DNA of 64,000 nt from Trichosphaerium sp. ATCC 40318 (taxonomy: Eukaryota; Protista; Tubulinea), in the NCBI GenBank assembly GCA_038496445.1, contig JALMLS010000340.1, positions 62,001-126,000 on the forward strand. Reading direction: 5' to 3'. Shown here piece by piece: positions 53,137 to 64,000 of the stretch. The notes under the pieces were generated by a model. The model saw nothing but the letters and a program-made list of their open reading frames with translations, had not been told where the DNA came from and did no database searches. A program made the translations under genes and the position numbers. Each line of letters starts with the position of its first letter. Position 1 is the first letter of the stretch.

Positions 53137-55550
53137 ATGGCACGTATTGAGCTTGTTGAGGATGGGAGGATACTAAAGTACATTGCAGAAGAAGGGCCTG
53201 CTGTACGCCGAGTTTTTTTTGTTTTTTTTTTTTTTTCATTTCATGTCATCTTACTCGCTTTCTGAAAGGGCTGTCAATGTACTCTTCCCCTACAAGTGTT
53301 ACCAATAGGCGAAGTATGCTTTGTAGCATACTATGAGATGTTTCTTTTAGATCCAGGAGATAAAGGGTATCAACCATTTAATAAGCTATTTTCAAAACAA
53401 GGAATTTGATCTGCTGACATGACGTAGAGCTGTTGGTATTGGTATTGGTAAAGATACGTTTGCAAAAGCAAATGTATTTCCTGGATGGCTTCAAGGAAGC
53501 TTCGGTTATCATGGGTACGTAGTAACATAAAAACAGAAAGAAAGGCATTTTCTGAAGATCATTTTTATTTTTTCACCGTGCGAATTTTTGCACAGCGCTT
53601 CTTTATCAATGCGATTACTTACATACGCTATAGTGATGATGGTAAATTCTTTCAAGGTACTATAAAAATTAAAACACCCACGTGATGTGGAACAGTGTAT
53701 TTAAAAACAACAAAATTTTTCTGTTGTGTAAACTAAATTAATAGAGCATGGATGGGGAGGTACCTTTGGACCTACGTGGGAAGTACATGATACAATTGGA
53801 TGCGGATATGATTTCAAAAGGAATGCGCTATTTTTTACAAGGAATGGAAAGTTCCTAGGTGTTGCTGAAACGGTACTTACTCAGCCAAAAACAAGAGTAA
53901 CCTAAATTTTTTGTTTTAGGATATAGCAAGTATTGCAACATACTTTGCTGTTTTTGGTGTTGAATCAAAGGGAGCTTCTTTTGAAGTGAACTTTGGTAAG
54001 AAACCTTTTGCGTTTGATATCATTGCTTATATTGATGAGCAACTCCAAGAAGGTAAGCATAAATACTGTTCATCTTTTTTCTTTTGAGCTGTTCCTTATT
54101 TCCGTTTTTAACCCTAAACGTTTAGAGCCTCTCAGTTCAAGTTTGAATATACCTGTTCCAAGAGGAAATATGGGTATGGATAACGTAGATTGGGAACAAA
54201 TAAAACGTGAACAAAACCCTTACACTTGGATCGTTAAACAACTAAGTACATACTTCTCTTTTTTTTTATTGCAGTTTGATTTTCTAAATGAGAGTTTTCT
54301 TTATCTAGAGAAGAGAGGCAAAGATGAGTGCAGGAAAGACGAGGACTTTATGGGTCATGTCAAACAATCTATAGCGCAATGGAATTTCTCAGACATAGAC
54401 GTTAACACTGCAACGCCAGATGTAAGTGATACATTTTTCTTTATAATTATGTTCTCTTGTTAATCAACCAGTTGTCTAAATGTTTTTATTTAGAGACTAT
54501 TTGAACTTTCAGAGGGATTATACCAACTATGTGAAGACCGTATTTTCGAAGAGAGACTTTGGAGCCATCTTCCAGCAACTGAACAAATACCATCAGTTCG
54601 TAATGCTGATTATGCTAATATTGTCGAGATTCTTGGTGTCTTACAAAACCAAGATATCGGTTTTGATGATCAACAAGTACAAGCAGCACTCGCCCTTTGT
54701 GCTGAACGCGCTGGGGTAGAGGATAGTAAGTGTTTTTAACAGACTTATGGTTAAAAAAAACTGTTTTTTTGCGGGATCCAAACAGAACCTTCTTTCTAGT
54801 TTATTATTTTTTGAATCTAATATATATAACGCTCACGTGATTATAGATGATGCAGATTCTGTAAAACGTAGAAAAGTGACAGAATTTCTTACAAAGGAAA
54901 AGACTCAATACGAAAGACAAACGTACTACTTTTTTTTCTTTTCTTCGTAAACTGTAACTCTACTGACTGGTTTTTTAGTATTATCCTTTATAAGACTATC
55001 CTTGAAGACAAAGAAATACCAGACAATCATCAATTCATTACTCATATCATCCTGAGCTTAGTACGCGCAACTCTAGCGATTTTATTTATTAACCTCCACC
55101 CATTAGATACCGTTGGTGCACCAAGGACCAGAGCCAGTGCCTGAAAGATATTTACAAGAAGAAATGCGTGGTACTATGCGTTCTTTACTCCTCAAGTACG
55201 TCATTTTTCTAAACAATAAGCAGCCAACGGGGTGGCCTTCCTGCCTTTTGTCAAACTTTTTTTGAACTAACTTTTTTTTTTTTTTCAAAGGATCATGCAC
55301 GATAACACACAAAAAGCTGTAAAAGATAATACTTCACAAAATTCGATAAGGGGTAGTTTTATGTATATGGCAAGATTTATATTTTCGCCAGTATTCTTCT
55401 TAACAGCAGGGTACCATTCTCTTTTTTTTCTTATGGATTTTTGATTAATTTAACTCGTTTAATAGACTTCGATCTGTTGCTGGATTATTCTTTACTGGTG
55501 CTCGTGGTATTTGGAGATTTATATACAAACTCTTTGGATATAAAAAATAA
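53137..55550 (+). CDS. SPRY (RanBP9/Ssh4-like) domain protein with hydrophobic/amphipathic C-terminus
   Basis: YYEMFLLD...VGIGIG...FPGWLQGSFGYH...DDGKFFQG...FGPTW...DTIGCGYD...LFFTRNGKFLG...VNFGKKPFAFD. Confidence 0.82.
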
Positions 55551-55807
55551 CCTATCATTACCGACAGAAATTCAAAAAAAGCAGTGAAGGAATTCAACCT
55601 AAAAAACCTGACATTTAGAACAACATAAAAAAATTTATTTCCTTTCATATTGTTTTTTGTAATAAATTAAACGTCATATGTATCTTCTATGCCCAACAAG
55701 GAATACATTGATTGTGAAGAATGTAAGAATACAAATGCATGTGAGGTATGTTGTCAGCTCAGTAAACGAGAAAAGTTGTTAGGACTACAATGTTTGGATC
55801 TACCACC

Positions 55808-57091
55808 TCAAAGAATGATGCAGTCATCGCCCCCACCGCAAGATCCACAAGACCCACATGATCCGCATGATCCGCATGATCCACAAGACCCACAGGAACC
55901 ACAGGAACCACAGGAACCACAACAACCTCCTGAGCCGCCTTCACAATCAGTTAGAACAAAACGAGAGTTTAACAACGCACAACTACAACATCCACCAGAG
56001 CTGTTACCATCACTACTGTTACCTCCACATCCACAACATCCACCACCAGAGCTATTACCTCCTGTATTACCGCCACCAGCACCTCCAAGGTTAAGGCTAG
56101 GACCGCTACCAACACTCACACTATAAGACCCTTTTAAAAGTGTAAGAAAATAAAACACAACAAAATGAGTAAGCAAATAACAAATCACGTGCCACTTGCA
56201 GAATCGTCATCGCCGCCAGCCTTGACTTTAGCTTTACCAGGTTTTCCAACACCATTACCGCTAGGATGCCCATTACCATTCATTCCATTCATCTCAATAT
56301 GAACATCTCCACCTACATCCCCAACATCAACACCACTCACACTTCCAGCAGAGGCACTTAAATCTCCACCAACTTTACCATCAATATCAACGTCTCCACC
56401 AACAGATACACCACTCGATTTTGACATAGATATCGAACCACGTGATCCTTTCATATCACCATTACTGTCTTTACCACTCTTTTTTAACGATATGGATCCT
56501 TTAGATCCTTTTGAAGTAGCACTGCCGCCTGAATGACGTTTTCTATCTCCCTCATAGCCGCTATCGTAATCCGCACTATTGCTACTACGTCTACGCTTCT
56601 TAGTACGCTTCCTTGAGCTTCCTAGGTCACTACCACCAGACCATGAGTCGCTTGCGTCAGAGGACTCATCCGAACTAGAGGATTCACTGCTTGACTGCAC
56701 ATTAAAAGCGTTAGAAGCCGCTGTATTAATACCAAAAGCGATGAAACGTTTTTTTTTTTGATAAAAAAAGCCCAAAAAAGGCAGTATCCCAACGTACTTT
56801 TTGTAAGTATGCGAATACGTTTGCTTCGTTTGGTAAGGATTTTACTTGTTTGTCTCTTTTGATTTTCTTCCTTTTCGCCTCGTTGTACGTGGAACCACGT
56901 CCTATCGTTTTTAAAGTACCAGCGTCTTTAGTACGTTAGACAATTATAAAATAAACTTATATACCTTCAGGGTCGAGTACTTGAGTCTGTATAATCTCTC
57001 GAAGCGCTTTTATTGTATTTACTTCAAGTTCGACAGTTTGTTGTTGCGCATTATCCCTTGTACCGTAAAATACGTTGATTACCTTACTCAT
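55808..57091 (-). CDS. Low-complexity Ser/Gly/Cys-rich protein with (GSC)9 repeat and C-terminal CaaX (CIIL)
   Basis: Exons from ORFs 56957-57196, 56185-56775 and 55808-56188. It ends GGCC(GSC)9GGGDDCIIL*. Confidence 0.75.
55838..55918 (-). repeat. Nine imperfect 9-bp tandem units encoding Gly-Ser-Cys
   Basis: Plus-strand units gcaagatcc/acaagaccc/acatgatcc/gcatgatcc/acaggaacc differ only at positions that are synonymous on the minus strand. Confidence 0.9.
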
Positions 57092-57589
57092 TGCTTGACG
57101 TTTATGTTTTGTCCAACACTGCCCATTATCCAATAACTTGAACAAAATTTTTTCAGCAAACAAGAAATGAAAACTGCGAAATTTCGGTTGTGACATTTAA
57201 TGGAGCCACCATAGACCAATAACCCCGAAGGTCTTTATACGCTATATTATAGTAAGTGAGATGGTTTTACAAGGTTTTTAAACCCGACAGGGCAGTGGGT
57301 TCTCAGCTTCTTGTGAATTATTTTTGCGAATGCGGTTTTAGTGAGCTCTTGAAAGTTTGGGAATGAGTTTCTGCTGTACCTAGCCGTCTTCAAGTCTGTA
57401 AAATTTGTCCGAAGCATATATGATACATGTGTAAAACAGGTAATACGATGTAAGCGGTTAATTTATATTGCAAAGCGACAAAAATCGTATTTTGTTTTCA
57501 GTTTTATGAAAGAAATTTACTCATTTTTCAATGAGTGCCTTGCTGTACCGCCTTCTCTTCTAAATCTAAAAGACTCTGTTTGAAGTTAT

Positions 57590-58990
57590 TTAATGTATCA
57601 AATAGAAAAGTATAATAACAAACATAGCCACACTCAAGGTACTCTTTGCCGAACTGTTCTCAGAAGTAGGTGATAGACTGGTGGCTACAGTTGGGCCACT
57701 TGTAGGTTGTGCTGTAGAATCTTGTGATTGAGTCGGTACTTCTTGTTGTTTTGTTGGTGTAGCATCGGTTACAGGTGTAGATTCAGTAGGTGGGTTAGGT
57801 AGAGAGTCATAATGAATATTCATAAAATCAATAATTGCTTCAGCAACATTATCGCCATAGGAAGGCAAAGTCGAAGCTTGTCTTGTACTTGGTGGTGACT
57901 CTATTTGTATTGCATCAATTGTTCCTTCATTCCTACTACCATGCATAGCTACTATAAATCCGCCACTAAAGTATAAAGAACTACCAGGGCTCGTTGCATT
58001 AGGAGAAGGAACAGTGTAGTATCCTGCTCTTTCTAAAAAAGCACCAAAACTGTTTTGACCACGAAGGAGTTCTGAATGAGTTATTTGGCCTTTAAGTCTT
58101 TTAGCCAAGTATGTTATAGCACCTAAAGTACTAAAACCATTCAAAGTTGTATCTAAAAGAGAGTTAAAAGGAAAAACAGAAACAACAAAGAAAGTTAAGA
58201 ATTTGTTTACCGTTTTTGTTTAAGTTGTCTGTAGATATGGCGTATCCTAGTTCTACCCATCCTTGTAAATGAGTAGAACCCACAGCATGGATATCTAGGA
58301 GAAGACCTGTGCCATGCGTAGCATTCACCCTTTCACGTGCACATCTCAAGAAGGAATGATATTTGTCCCTTTTTGAATACAAAAAATCAGTTGCTGAGTT
58401 TTATTAAGTTTATATTTACCATGTGTCTAGTGCTACAGTGTCTGTAGCTTGATCATCATCTGTTCTATCACGGTTCATATCAACCTGGAAAAGTTAAAAT
58501 GAGCTCTTTAGACTTTTCTGTTTTCCTGAAATGTGGAGCTACCTTTCGTCTTCCAATGTAAGCAATTACTTGATGGGCAATACCACCAGTCAAGTTCGCT
58601 ATTTTCGATGCTATTCGCTCTGCTAGCGGTATTGTATTGCCATCAACAAATAAGCTACCTCAAATAGCGTTAGAAAAATACTGTAAACGTTTGCGATCGA
58701 AGAGATGATTGTTTTGGGAAAGCGTACCACTTGTTCTATCTTCTATTGCTGTTGGGTAATCTGTGCCGCCGTGTGGAGCCGAAATAATGATCGGTAGATT
58801 TCCAACAATATATTTTACATAATTCTCACTGCTATCGTAGTGTGCTTCGCCTGGTGCGAATGAATTCACAGGGCATGGTTCGAAAGCAACGCTAGTTACA
58901 ACAAAAGCGAAAAGCACTACAAAATGTCATATTACGGCGAGAAGCTTTACACAGTACCCGCGATACAGGCGCTTGCAATTAGGACTCCCA
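57590..58990 (-). CDS. N-formylglutamate amidohydrolase-like Zn hydrolase, secreted, with Ser/Thr stalk and probable GPI signal; start codon unresolved
   Basis: GNLPIIISAPHGG; DGNT; R-K|VDMNR; LLLDIH; ELGY; YFSGG; IDAIQIE; T/P/S-rich linker; hydrophobic C-terminus ...SSAKSTLSVAMFVIILFYLIH*. Confidence 0.78.
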
Positions 58991-59822
58991 TGCGCTTTTT
59001 ATGCCCACAACAGAAGTAGTTTGAATTAGATTGTCTTTGTTTACCTCTCTAAAACTCACCTATAGTGAAGGCGTTTACGGTTAACGTGGTTCATAGCAGT
59101 TTGGATCTTTCAATAGAAAATACCTCAGATTGCAGTCATAGCGCTTTGAAATAACATTACTACGCGCAGAGACTTGTATACGTAGCTTAAATCGACTGTT
59201 ATAATTTTTCTTGCTGAAATTCAAATGGCTATGTTTTTGGATTTGTGATTCGGCAATTGCCGTGTCTGTCAGATGATTTGCGACTGTATGAGTGATACTA
59301 TAATTTTAACGGCTACAATTTACTAGAAATCTCGATACGGCCGTATTCGCAGCCATTTCAACAGGTTTTACTGCGACTGTGAACGAAACGACACCTGCTA
59401 ACCTAAAAATGGAAGAAAAAACCAGTTCGTTTCACAAATTCGTATCGTCGTTCTACTTTTCTTTGCAACTCATTTCACCGAATATCCACCATAGCTTCTT
59501 TTCGTGTTGTAGAACGAAGGCACCAAATGTTTGCTAGCACCGGTGTAACGCGGTGGAGCAACTAAAATTACATTCGATATAAAATCGGACGTAGTACTCG
59601 TTTAGAAGCACATGTTGCGATCCAAAAAATCGTCAAAACGGTTCTCACACCCTAAAGTAACAACCACAAGGGTTTACAAGCGTTTGTAAATGTGCATTAT
59701 CCATAATTGAGTAATTAAAATGGATATTTCTGTGAAGTGTATCCCACAATTTATTTCGATTGCTTTTTTAAGGGTTTATAAACAAATTTGGCAACATTTA
59801 TAGACACAATAAAAAACGTATT

Positions 59823-60215
59823 ATGTATATGTTTGGTATAGTTCCAGTACTCTCCTTAGAGCAATCTTTCAATCTCTTCCTCTTCAGTGTACAACTGATA
59901 TTAAGTCTTGTCTACCGCTTACTCCAGGCAATTGATGAGGGTTTAATGTCATTTGATGACTTAATGAAGAGAGCGTCAGGTGTGCTTCTAAGCCAGCTGA
60001 TAGTCTTCTTAGAATCTTTGGAGACTGCAGCGCCCGCGACTCACAAGAAAAACCCCAATATATACGCAAAAAGGAAGGCTCTTAGAAAGAGACTACGCTT
60101 GGAAGGCAAGCTAGCTCCGCCAAAGAAACCGTCCTTGTACCAAGTCAGACGTCGTAGCAAGCACCACACGCTGCGCCGCCAGATCTGGTATCGTTCATTG
60201 TGGATGATTGAGTGA
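59823..60215 (+). CDS. Intronless orphan protein (hydrophobic N-half, Arg/Lys-rich C-half), paralog of 14315-14693
   Basis: Intact 130 aa ORF. Synonymous differences from the other copy (e.g. aagaaaaaccccaatatatac vs aagaagaaccctaatatctat) support coding in this frame. Confidence 0.72.
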   Translation: MYMFGIVPVLSLEQSFNLFLFSVQLILSLVYRLLQAIDEGLMSFDDLMKRASGVLLSQLIVFLESLETAAPATHKKNPNIYAKRKALRKRLRLEGKLAPPKKPSLYQVRRRSKHHTLRRQIWYRSLWMIE

Positions 60216-60537
60216 TCATTCGATTAGTGTAGCGTACTAGTCCGAGTGGAAGAAACGGTAAAACCGCGTCTTTTTGCCATTTTTTGCAATCACCACAATC
60301 GATCAAGCATACAGCGTCATATCAACCAGTTAGGCCTTTGCATTGTGACTGTTTTTAGTTTTTGAAACCGAGTATGTCTCGATATCACGTGTTGACCCAT
60401 ACGAGATGAAGAGCAAGATTATGTATCTCAAGTTATTGATGGAGTTATGTGCGGGCGTGGTTCTGCAGGATTGTAAAAACGCCAACAGGTAAGTCACAAC
60501 AAGTCATTTTAACGTGAAGTAACGACTAACGCTCAAC

Positions 60538-61320
60538 ATGCTCTCTATGATGCCCTTCGATGTTCAATATGAGATTGTCAAAGCTTTAGACGTAGAAATG
60601 AACCTGGCAATTCAAGTTACATGTAAAGCGCTTAAAAAAGCTTCAATGCGTGTCTTAGAAACTCTAAACGAGATTATCGTCAGTCACAGTTCATTGATAC
60701 TTCTTAAGCAATGTAAACATGTAGAACGCGTGTACATAGCTCCTGAACCTGAACCAATAGATTTTAAAGTACTTTGCACTTATCTGTGGAAAACAAGCGT
60801 GACATCTCTTGATATATCATACTGCGACTTCTACGAGCCCATACAACTAGATCTACTGCAATCCCTCAAATCTTTACAATTACTAACGGCACTTTGTGTA
60901 CCAATCGATCCTACAGACTTGTCACGATTGTACAACGAGTATGGGACATCTGAACAGTTTAGATTTAAGGTAATCAGGCTATTGGATATTCTCGTTGGGA
61001 CATGGAAGTGTACATATGACACATTTGGTCCTGAGAGTATGGCTGGTGAAGTTCACAAGTATTACGAAGATGGACACAGTATATACCCTAACACAAACGG
61101 TTATGTGACGACATTCGTTGAACGGCCTCAACTGGGACCTAGATGCTATTTGTTGGAAGTCAAAGCAGCTAATAGAGCGGGTATTGCTTTGATAAAAGCA
61201 GAAGATGACTATATAACCGTTGTGAACGGTTACGAACACGTGCTTAGAAGCTTAACAATATTTCCAGACCGATCATCACATCTTGCTTCCTTGTCTTTTT
61301 GGAGAAAATCAGAACAATAA
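60538..61320 (+). CDS. Intronless divergent F-box-like protein with LRR-like segment
   Basis: MLSMMPFDVQYEIVKAL...IQVTCKAL (F-box-like); VTSLDISYC...LKSLQLL. Confidence 0.6.
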   Translation: MLSMMPFDVQYEIVKALDVEMNLAIQVTCKALKKASMRVLETLNEIIVSHSSLILLKQCKHVERVYIAPEPEPIDFKVLCTYLWKTSVTSLDISYCDFYEPIQLDLLQSLKSLQLLTALCVPIDPTDLSRLYNEYGTSEQFRFKVIRLLDILVGTWKCTYDTFGPESMAGEVHKYYEDGHSIYPNTNGYVTTFVERPQLGPRCYLLEVKAANRAGIALIKAEDDYITVVNGYEHVLRSLTIFPDRSSHLASLSFWRKSEQ

Positions 61321-61834
61321 CATCACGTGTACATCATTTTCTTGTTGAGAATACTACAGTAAGTGCGGAAAGCCACGTGCCAATAGATAATACGGGGTAG
61401 TACAATGTATTTTATTGTGAAAACAGTGATTATTGCAATAAACCTCATATTAGATTGTGACATGCTGTCTTACATACGTGATTTCGATAGACGAGTTAAT
61501 GCATCCACCAATGACAACAAATGTAGAAGGCAAGGGCTTGTAACGGAGAAGTATGTTGAGTGAAGCACTAAAACAACATTGCGTTATTGCACGTCAATTC
61601 TGACATTGGAGCCCTTTTGTACAAATAATGATAGCTCCTACGCTGGTAACATACAGCACTTTACTATAATAAGTTTTTCTCTGCAACTTATTTTTGTATT
61701 CTACATCGTGCGCCGTGTGAGGTTATTTTATTCGCTATTAGAAGAAAGGGAGAAGTTGGTTTAATATGGTTTTATTAAGACCGATGGGTAATAAATTATA
61801 CAGTATCCGTAATGATAAAAAAAAATGTGAACGT

Positions 61835-62456
61835 TTAGTTGTCATCAGTCATCATTAAAGGTTGTGTCAATTCAGGTAGGTTTGAAGCCCGGGCAGCTTT
61901 GAGTCCACCGTTGCGTGCCTTGATCTCACGAGCCTCTTGGCAGATGCTCATTTGCCAGCAAACAAGAGCTGAAACAAGATCACCAACAAAACTTCCGCCA
62001 ATACCGTATTTTTCGCGAACAGATCCTCTCCAGCATACACGAACGCAAGGAATGCAGTAGCAAAGGACAAAAGAGATAAGACGGGACATATCGTCTTGTA
62101 CCATACCAGTTCCTAGTTTTACATCGTTAGCGTTGTTTAATGATAACACCGTTGATTTACGCACCTAGGGGACCATTCCCCTCACCATGTTCCGGTTTTT
62201 CGATTTTCATTTTGTTTTCAACTGCCAAGCATTGTGGGGCTAGAGCACCGTATAGGCTAGAAAAAACGATATAAGCGACGGAAAATGCAAATAAACAAAC
62301 AGAGAACTTCGTCGTTTTGAGAAAGCGCACAGAACTCACACTCTCGTGCAACAAACCATACGAGTGTTTAAAACAACTAAATGAGACTCTTTGGGGTACG
62401 TACAAGACTTCCAAATCAGCGAAAACGTGAAATAGACCTGTTGACCAAGTTGCCAT
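61835..62456 (-). CDS. PLAC8/cornifelin family Cys-rich protein
   Basis: MATWSTGLF...; CYCIPC...RGSVREKYGIGGSFVGDL...CWQMSICQEAREIK. Confidence 0.88.
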
Positions 62457-63037
62457 GATGGTACTAAGCAAATTATAAGTTTGTGAATCAAAACTGGAAG
62501 CATAAAAGCTTGTTTTAGGGTTTGTGAAAGAAACTAACTCATCAAACGACGAGTGGTGATTAACGTACTTTTTTGTGAAGAGGAGTTGCTGTGATTGCAG
62601 AATAAAAATGCAAAAGACAAATCTAGTAAATTCAAGCACACTTCACGTAATCAGCGTGGTAGTTGAATGTTAAGTTAAGTGCCGCCGATAATGCAGAGTA
62701 GAGATGCAAGTTTCACTCGCGTTTGATAGAATAGAGCGATGTCCAACTCTTGAAGTGTCTAATTCAGTGTTTATTGGTACCAACTTCGTTTCCATTAATT
62801 TTTTAGACGTTTTTCGTAACACGAGCGTCAGGTTCTGGATCTGGCGATGCGTTTAGAGTTTGTAAATCGGTATACGCTACAACACTACTAAATCCGTCTG
62901 ATGCGCGTAAAACATCACTCATTGGCGACTGGGAATGGAAACAGTGGGTAATGGAGAAAATTAACCAAGCGTACAACTTGGAGTCCAAAATACCTCAAAA
63001 CGATAGAATTGCGAATATAAAGAAGCCACCAAGAGAT

Positions 63038-63964
63038 ATGGACGATTTGGAGTGGTCTTTGGATCTAGTGGTGTCAACAGCCTTAGATGATCGCGAATTC
63101 CACCACATACTATGTCAAGGTGCCAATTAGACACTTATTGAAAAAAAAAATAGTCATGCACTGTTCATGAAGTTGGTTGCCTTTTTTTGACGTCAAACTA
63201 GGATGGTTATTCGAAGACGATGTTTCAGATGGCACAGAACGCCTTGGCATTTCACGTTATCCTCTTATTGGCACGTGAGTGATATTACAAGTTCAATTTT
63301 CTTATTAATGTTTAGGTTTATATAATGCGACCAATTGCAAGTTAGGCGATTTAGCAGATCCCGGCACTGTGCGATACTCTTTTGGTAGTTGGTAGGGCCT
63401 GACGTGGGTAATTAAATTAGCGCTGATGTGATTGCTGCGACGGTTGTTATTCCACAAACTCTTAAAGTTCCTCAAGTCAGAACAATCATATCAGCGTTTA
63501 TTCTGTTACCAACTACAAGCCTATCATTGTTGTTTGTTTATTAATACGGTATAGATAGGCTTTGATTCTCTAAGACCAGCAGATAAACACGTGCATCTTG
63601 TAGAACCAATTGTTGCTGAAATTGATGGTAAGGCAAACTTCATTCTTTTCTTTGCGGTTTCTTTTGTGTCGCTGACTCTTCAAAAATATTAGGATTTGTT
63701 ATACCTCCAGATTGGCATTTTGGATCTAATATGGGTAGATTTATTGTTTCTAAAAAAGTGGAGTATGCAAAAGGTTGGGTAGTTATCGTAGACTTGGAGA
63801 AAATGCGATGTAAAGTGACATACATGATTATTTCCAGAAAAAAAGCAGATATTAAACTTCGCAAAGGTAAAACAAACATAAATGAGTTACTACTTGTGGT
63901 GGAAGCGTATAGTGATAAGAGCTCGGCTCAAAGTATTGCTGAGACCATAAAACATATCGCTTAA
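63038..63964 (+). CDS. Multi-exon hypothetical protein
   Basis: MDDLEWSLDLVVSTALDDREFHHILCQ..., consistent short introns, and a last exon overlapping ORF 63731-63964. No family recognised. Confidence 0.5.
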
Positions 63965-64000
63965 TAATAAATAACTTGAGTGTCTTCTAACTATAAAAAT

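Noticed and set aside
55689-56126. Pro/Gln/His-rich plus-strand ORF (PQDPHDPHD...)
   Set aside because: Antisense shadow of the GSC repeat. Variation is synonymous only on the minus strand, which also has splice signals and a CaaX end.
1-64000. Alternative genetic code, CRISPR array, prophage or transposase as an explanation for fragmented ORFs
   Set aside because: Fragmentation is explained by short spliceosomal introns. TAA, TAG and TGA all terminate genes, and no repeat-spacer array or RT/transposase/integrase motifs were seen.

Overview
This window is gene-dense, AT-rich eukaryotic nuclear DNA, not prokaryotic. It carries about 28 protein-coding genes broken by many short (mostly about 40-60 nt) spliceosomal introns with GTACGT/GTAAGT/GTGCGT donors and CTAAC-like branch points, which is why the ORF track is fragmented. 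The gene content (dcd1-like acid ceramidase, family-2-like GPCR, many F-box/ankyrin/BTB genes) suggests a free-living protist, most plausibly an amoebozoan (inference). Recognisable genes: DDAH (3' end), a Par3/HAL-N-like protein, a PX-SH3-SH3 protein, a dcd1-like Ntn hydrolase, four F-box proteins, a 7TM GPCR, GST, a KCTD-type BTB protein, two ankyrin proteins, a 12.5 kb VPS13, zf-MYND, a secreted catalase-fold protein, a large surface protein, a SPRY protein, an N-formylglutamate amidohydrolase-like protein and PLAC8. The most notable observations are: a small basic protein with a CheD/CNF1-type Cys-His deamidase motif; a membrane-anchored M6-like metalloprotease whose HExxH reads HVLSH; a p47phox-like architecture; a helical-repeat protein ending in a PD-(D/E)XK/RAP-like nuclease; a (GSC)9 protein with a CaaX box; an intergenic three-way-junction element; a duplicated orphan gene; at least six GC-AG introns; and strong over-representation of CACGTG. 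No rRNA, tRNA, CRISPR array or transposase was recognised. All gene models were spliced by eye, so boundaries are approximate and family assignments rest on motif recognition rather than database searches.
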